DNA of 62,095 bases from a virus. Its lineage: Duplodnaviria > Caudoviricetes. The stretch is taken from IMG/VR virus record IMGVR_UViG_3300030427_000031, positions 1 through 62,095 of that record; one strand, written 5' to 3'. A program made the position numbers and the translations under genes. The notes beneath the pieces were generated by a model. That model saw nothing but the letters and a program-made list of their open reading frames with translations. It had not been told where the DNA came from and did not search any database. This document shows, one piece after another, positions 57,328 through 62,095 of this stretch (its first letter is position 1; each line of letters begins with the position of its first letter).

Positions 57328-58563
57328 TTACTTGGTAGGCAAATTATGATTGACTGCTTTTTCAAATATATCAACTGACTGTTCAGCCATTTTTTCAGTT
57401 GAATGTGTGTATGTTCCAAGGGTGGTTTCAATATTGGCATGACCAAGCCTGTCTTGAACATCCTTAATGTTTGCACCATTTTCAATCAGGGTGGTTGCGT
57501 GGGTATGGCGCAATGAATGAAAGTTGAACAGTATACCCAAGCTATAATGAATCACCCTGGCAGCATATTTGAAGGTGTCAGGTGTTATCATGTCACCATC
57601 TTCTTTGGTGCAAACCATTTGAATTGGTTTTATGATACCAGCATCAATTGAAAGTGACAGTGAATAAATCCTTCTTAATTTTTCATTCCCATTCAATTCT
57701 TCAACTTCATATTGCTGAATGAAGTGCTGACCATATTTCAATCTGTTTTCCAGTTGCCATTTCTTATGCTGCTTCAAAGCTAAAATTAATGTTTTACCAA
57801 TCTTGATGGTTCTTACTGATGATTCTGTTTTAGTAGAACCAAAATACCAGTCCGGTTTGCGCTTATAAATGAGTTTGTTAATATTAACAGTTCCTTTTTC
57901 AAGGTCAATATCATCCCATGTCAAACCCATGACTTCACCAATTCTGCATCCAGTATAATATCCAATCATCAGCGCAATATGAAAAGTTGTTCCGGCTGGA
58001 AATCTTGAAATTATCTTTTCAAAGTCATCTTTTGAAATAACCTTGTGGTCAATTTCAAGTTTTGAATGTTCATATTTTGGGTACTTCACATATTGCATGG
58101 GATTATCCTTGATGAACTTGCATGGATGCACAGCATATTTTATTGACCCACTTAAAACAGTCATGATGTTGGTCAAATGATGTTTACTAAAGCCGCTTAA
58201 ATATTTTCCATTGATAAATTCCTGAAGGATTGCGGGTGTCAATGACTTCAGCTTGTAAATTCCCAATGCTGGTTTAATATGATTCCTGATGATAATTTCA
58301 TAACCAGTTTGGGTGTTGTATTTACAATTAAGCAACACATAGTTCTTCATCCAATAATCCATATAATCTGATACTGAAATTTCAGTTGGTTCAAAATGTA
58401 ACCCGGCATTGTTGTACTCTTGAAGTGCAACCCTCAAAGCAGCTTCAGCTTCCTTCTTTGTTCTTCCTCCAACACGTTCAATTCTTTTCCTTTTTCCATC
58501 CACATTGGATGCTTCAAAGGAAAAATACCACTTGTCACCACGTTTTCTTACATGACCTTCCAT
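57328..58563 (-). CDS. int: Tyrosine integrase
   Basis: Arm-binding N-terminus (GHVRKRGDKW), TGCRIGE, HSLRHT, LGH...T..TY. Confidence 0.93.
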   Translation of the reverse strand: MEGHVRKRGDKWYFSFEASNVDGKRKRIERVGGRTKKEAEAALRVALQEYNNAGLHFEPTEISVSDYMDYWMKNYVLLNCKYNTQTGYEIIIRNHIKPALGIYKLKSLTPAILQEFINGKYLSGFSKHHLTNIMTVLSGSIKYAVHPCKFIKDNPMQYVKYPKYEHSKLEIDHKVISKDDFEKIISRFPAGTTFHIALMIGYYTGCRIGEVMGLTWDDIDLEKGTVNINKLIYKRKPDWYFGSTKTESSVRTIKIGKTLILALKQHKKWQLENRLKYGQHFIQQYEVEELNGNEKLRRIYSLSLSIDAGIIKPIQMVCTKEDGDMITPDTFKYAARVIHYSLGILFNFHSLRHTHATTLIENGANIKDVQDRLGHANIETTLGTYTHSTEKMAEQSVDIFEKAVNHNLPTK

Positions 58564-58592
58564 AATAACTTCATCCTTTCTTTTATTTTTTA

Positions 58593-58854
58593 GTTCAAGA
58601 TGGTTCAAGATGAATTGTTTTATCTTGAACTGCTTTAAAGCCTTTATATATAAGGTTTTTTTCAATATCAGTTCAAGTTCAAGATTGTTTTTTCTTCTAT
58701 ACATTATTTCTTAAGGATATATAAACATTTTTAATGTAATTTTAAAAATGTTTAATAAAATATCAATTCATCTTGAACCATCTTGAACTTTCCCATAAAT
58801 ACAAGGTTTTCATCTTGAACCACAATCTTGAACCATCTTGAACTTATCTTGAAC
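58593..58854. repeat. Array of ten GTTCAAGA/TCTTGAAC octamers around an AT-rich core
   Basis: GTTCAAGA at 58593, 58603, 58677; TCTTGAAC at 58623, 58771, 58781, 58813, 58826, 58836, 58847. Confidence 0.85.
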
Positions 58855-58858
58855 TAAA

Positions 58859-59197
58859 TTATTTTAATTCAACAAGTATGTATTTCTTGATGTACTGAAT
58901 CCACTTATTAATCCCTTCAATATAATCATGAAGTTCACCTTTGATGTTTTGACTATCATATAAATTTTTCATTATCATCATCCACTTTGTTCTGCCTTGT
59001 AATTTTATTTTTCCAATAGGATATGAAGCATAATCAACATTGATTGTTCCATCTGACAACCTTGTAAATTTAAATACTGCTTTTAACCCGCTTTCTTCTA
59101 TCTTCATTTTAAGAGCATTAAAAAACATAATTTCATCTTCAATAACTTCATAAGTTTTTCTTGGATTAGTTGAATTTTGTGCAATTTTAAATTCCAT
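58859..59197 (-). CDS. Hypothetical protein (lysogeny-region accessory)
   Basis: ORF from MEFKIAQ with AAAGGA RBS. Confidence 0.6.
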   Translation of the reverse strand: MEFKIAQNSTNPRKTYEVIEDEIMFFNALKMKIEESGLKAVFKFTRLSDGTINVDYASYPIGKIKLQGRTKWMMIMKNLYDSQNIKGELHDYIEGINKWIQYIKKYILVELK

Positions 59198-59214
59198 TTT
59201 ATCAATCCTTTCAG

Positions 59215-59610
59215 TTACAACGTATATTCTGATGGTGCTGCACAGTGCATGACTTCTTCCCTGAAATTTAAGACCTGATTCATTGTCTTTGCGCTTACAT
59301 CCCAAAAGGCAAGATGTTTTGGTTCACCTGCTGAAGATGTGTACTTAAATACATAATAAAACTTTGTTCCAGCTTTACTGGTAGTTCCTGCGGTATTGTG
59401 GTACTGAACCAGGAAATTATTTTCAGGCATTGCATCAATAGAAATCACTTGATTAAATGGCAGCTTCACTATAAGGTCAGGGTTTATTTTCTTGATAACC
59501 AGTGCATCATTTTCCAGAATAATGGTGCAAGGGAAATCCTGAATGAATCCCGGCAATCCTTCATAATACATAACATTCAAAGTGTTAGTTTCTTTTTTCT
59601 TTCCAAACAT
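59215..59610 (-). CDS. Hypothetical protein (lysogeny-region accessory)
   Basis: ORF co-oriented with and directly after the repressor. Confidence 0.6.
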   Translation of the reverse strand: MFGKKKETNTLNVMYYEGLPGFIQDFPCTIILENDALVIKKINPDLIVKLPFNQVISIDAMPENNFLVQYHNTAGTTSKAGTKFYYVFKYTSSAGEPKHLAFWDVSAKTMNQVLNFREEVMHCAAPSEYTL

Positions 59611-59627
59611 AAACACACTTCCTTTCT

Positions 59628-60263
59628 TTAAAATACATTACTTTGAAATGCAATTGCTTTTCCTAAAATTCTGACATAATTAAGTTCTTCGTTTTTATAA
59701 ACCATAGGCTTATAAGCTGAATTTTCAGCAACCAAAATGATTTCATTTTCTTTTTTATATACTCTTTTCAGGGTTGCTTCATCTTCAATTAAAACAGCGG
59801 CAATTTGACCATCTTCAACATCAGATTGCTTCCTGATAAAAACAATATCACCATCACAGATTCTTGCATTTACCATGCTGTCACCCTGAATCTTCAAACA
59901 AAAATCAGCCTGAATATTTGTACCAGCTTCAACATAACTTTCAAATTGTTCATCAGCAAAAATTGGTACACCAGCAGCAATTGTTCCCAGCAAAGGGAAC
60001 TTTTTTGTTTCAATCTTTAAAATGTTATCAGGGTATTTGGTAGATGTTCTTTCCATTGGCACATCATAACCCATTAACCAGGATTCACTTACATCTAAGG
60101 CTTTTGCAATCAAATAAATTCCCTTTTGTTTTGGTTCATACTTCCCGGAATAATATTGGCTTATTGCTGATTTTCCAAGACCAGTTTTTTCAACCAAGTC
60201 AGCTTGTTTCATATCTCTAATATCCATAGCTTTTCTCATCCGGCTTGCAAAAGAATCTTTCAT
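59628..60263 (-). CDS. CI-like repressor, XRE HTH plus S24 peptidase
   Basis: QADL...G..KSAISQY, IAAG cleavage site, GDSM, ATLKR. Confidence 0.92.
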   Translation of the reverse strand: MKDSFASRMRKAMDIRDMKQADLVEKTGLGKSAISQYYSGKYEPKQKGIYLIAKALDVSESWLMGYDVPMERTSTKYPDNILKIETKKFPLLGTIAAGVPIFADEQFESYVEAGTNIQADFCLKIQGDSMVNARICDGDIVFIRKQSDVEDGQIAAVLIEDEATLKRVYKKENEIILVAENSAYKPMVYKNEELNYVRILGKAIAFQSNVF

Positions 60264-60367
60264 TAATACACACCCTTCCATAATTAACCTTATTCAATAT
60301 TATACAGAAAAGTTCAATTTATTACAACAGGATTTGAAAAATAGTTAAGAAAACTGAAAAAAATATA

Positions 60368-60433
60368 TTGACAAGTTTTTCTATAGGGTGTATCATAAAA
60401 ATAGTTCAAGAAGCTGAACCGAAAAGTTCAAGA
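60368..60433 (+). promoter_or_regulatory. Rightward SigA promoter with operator-like sites
   Basis: TTGACA-17-TATCAT (60368-60396); GTTCA-N6-TGAAC at 60404-60419. Confidence 0.7.
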
Positions 60434-60536
60434 AAGGAATGAAGAAATTGACCATAATGATTTTGTTACATACGCAAGATTTATGGATGAAAGTAATATA
60501 AAGAAAAATTATCCTTGGACAAAGGAAATGTGAAAG

Positions 60537-60854
60537 GTGGAATTAATTATGGGAAGACGTGATGTAAACAAATTGGTTGATGCAATGGTAGCAAAACGGA
60601 AAGTACGTTTGGCAGAAGAAGCTGATAATGACTTCAATTTTTTGATTGAAGTGCTGGAAGGAAATGTTAAAATTGGGGAACCGGAAAAACAGAGGTTCAT
60701 TCGCCTATATCGTAAATTATTAGAATCCGGTCAGTATATTGGAATGAGGCAAGGCAAAACAGTAATATCAAACAAGTTCCCAGAAAAAGTCACAAAACAA
60801 CTTGAAAACTTTGATGACCTTATATTAAGGCGTGCTTCGAGGCCTGTCCCTTAA
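60537..60854 (+). CDS. Hypothetical protein, probably truncated by the transposase element
   Basis: Stop codon lies inside the left inverted repeat (..RPVP*). Confidence 0.45.
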   Translation: MELIMGRRDVNKLVDAMVAKRKVRLAEEADNDFNFLIEVLEGNVKIGEPEKQRFIRLYRKLLESGQYIGMRQGKTVISNKFPEKVTKQLENFDDLILRRASRPVP

Positions 60855-61785
60855 CATATTAACTTATTGTTGATGGAACAAACACTTTCTGTTAGAATAT
60901 GGCAGGAGGTGTTTTTTCTTTGGTCAGGCGGGCTCGAGTGGAGTATCCGGGTGCTATATACCACGTCATACAGCGGGGAAATAACAAGGAGGACGTGTTT
61001 GAAAGTCCGGAAAAGAAAGACTATCTTATCAATCTTCTCAGTAAATCCGTGGCGGTGAATGGCGTTGAATTATATGCCTACGTGGTAATGAGCAATCACT
61101 ACCACCTCGCCCTCAGAACATGCAGAGAAACGTTGAGTAAAGTAATGCACCGGCTAAATACAGGATACGGCATTTATTACAACCGACAAATGAAAAGGAC
61201 CGGACACGTTTTTCAGGGAAGATATAAAGCCATACCCGTGCTGGACGAGAGCTATCTCATGGTATTGGTGAAATATATTCACCTAAACCCGGTGAGGGCT
61301 GGTATTTGTAACGACTTACGTAACTATCCCTGGTCCGGCGACGGTTGCTACCGGACAACGGAATCCGGCATAGTGGAGACTGGATTTTTACTGGACATGT
61401 TATCCAAGGACAGAAAAAAGTCTTATGCAAAATATAATCTGCTATTGGGTCAAGAGTATGATCCAGGCACAATAGAATTGATTACAGCAGAAAACAAAAA
61501 CACAGAGGGCCAGATTGAACCTCAAAAGGTTACCGGCGGCAGAAAATCACTAAACGAAATACTAAAAGAAACAGGCATCAAACAGGAGGAATTAGAACAA
61601 ATAAAAAGGGGGTCCAGGCTGAGAAGGTTTTCTCCGGTTAAGACAGTATATGCAAAATCCGCATGGGAGCACGGTTATTCACTAAAAGAAATAGCCTGCC
61701 ACATTGGAGTCTCTTCTGTGGCTGTGTTCAAGTATATTAACAAGACGATCAGCAAGCAATAAGTTAACAAGTTAAGGGACAGGCC
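60841..61785. mobile_element. Y1/HUH transposase element bounded by 29-bp inverted repeats
   Basis: GGCCTGTCCCTTAACATATTAACTTATTG (60841-60869) and its inverse at 61757-61785, 2 mismatches. Confidence 0.8.
60920..61762 (+). CDS. RAYT/IS200-like Y1 transposase with C-terminal HTH
   Basis: YHVIQRGNN, MSNHYHL (HUH), GHVFQGRY, YIHLNPVRAG, YPWS. Confidence 0.9.
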   Translation: MVRRARVEYPGAIYHVIQRGNNKEDVFESPEKKDYLINLLSKSVAVNGVELYAYVVMSNHYHLALRTCRETLSKVMHRLNTGYGIYYNRQMKRTGHVFQGRYKAIPVLDESYLMVLVKYIHLNPVRAGICNDLRNYPWSGDGCYRTTESGIVETGFLLDMLSKDRKKSYAKYNLLLGQEYDPGTIELITAENKNTEGQIEPQKVTGGRKSLNEILKETGIKQEELEQIKRGSRLRRFSPVKTVYAKSAWEHGYSLKEIACHIGVSSVAVFKYINKTISKQ

Positions 61786-62095
61786 CCGATATCTCCCTTA
61801 AATTTTCTAAGCTATTTGCCATATCTTTCATGCCAAGATAGTTTGTGCGAGCGTAATCTGCTACTTTTTCGGAATGTTTTATTACTTCATGGTTTTTACC
61901 TAATATGGAACGGCATTTTGCTATAACCTCTATAACAAAAGGAGCAATATCTTTGTCGTAAGAGTGTTGTAATCTCATTCCATGAGATAATACATTTTCT
62001 CTATATTTTTCAAAATTAGGGAATGTAAATAATTTTGTGTAAATGGAATTATTACCCTGGGGCTTGATGGATATTATTGGTAAACAGCCATTTGT
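61772..62095 (-). CDS. 3' part of a gene entering from the window edge, ending in the right inverted repeat
   Basis: Frame is open from 62095 to the stop at 61772 (..SGPVP*). Confidence 0.5.
   Translation of the reverse strand, partial: TNGCLPIISIKPQGNNSIYTKLFTFPNFEKYRENVLSHGMRLQHSYDKDIAPFVIEVIAKCRSILGKNHEVIKHSEKVADYARTNYLGMKDMANSLENLREISGPVP

Larger units (their letters stand above)
57228..60840. mobile_element. Second, truncated tyrosine-integrase element (prophage/satellite remnant)
   Basis: Integrase, accessory genes, S24 repressor and divergent promoter; AT-rich; ends at the transposase inverted repeat. Confidence 0.7.

Noticed and set aside
58593-58854. Repeat cluster as a CRISPR array
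   Set aside because: Units are only 8 bp, in both orientations, with no regular unique spacers.
754-61472. Many short antisense or alternate-frame ORFs in the track
   Set aside because: They overlap well-supported genes and lack RBSs or motifs; treated as shadow ORFs.

Overview
The window opens in the GC-rich 3' end of a Firmicute host rlmD/rumA (23S rRNA m5U methyltransferase) gene. A ~57 kb, apparently complete siphovirus-type prophage is integrated there (attL ~196, attR ~57228). It uses a three-gene large serine recombinase module and rebuilds the rlmD C-terminus. Its left arm carries an unusual Type I restriction-modification locus: a degenerate HsdM-like/single-TRD fusion, an ADP-ribosylglycohydrolase fused to an NPPF HsdM, a second NPPY HsdM, HsdS and HsdR. 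Next come an ImmA/IrrE-HTH fusion and a sigma-region-4 protein, then divergent replication operons (PolA-family polymerase, SSB-like, Cas4-like nuclease / primase-helicase, VRR-NUC, SNF2). The packaging region includes MetK, a ParB-MTase, an amidoligase and a GGCT, followed by HK97-type head, tail and lysis genes. The right arm holds defence-like cargo (XRE, DUF6508-like, two PD-(D/E)XK nucleases, a HEPN-like protein) that would join the RM locus when the element circularises. Three phased degenerate copies of the rlmD attB half-site precede attR. Beyond attR lies a second, truncated tyrosine-integrase element with a ten-copy octamer array and an S24 repressor, cut off by an inverted-repeat-flanked Y1/HUH transposase. 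All family names come from motif recognition by eye, not from database searches.
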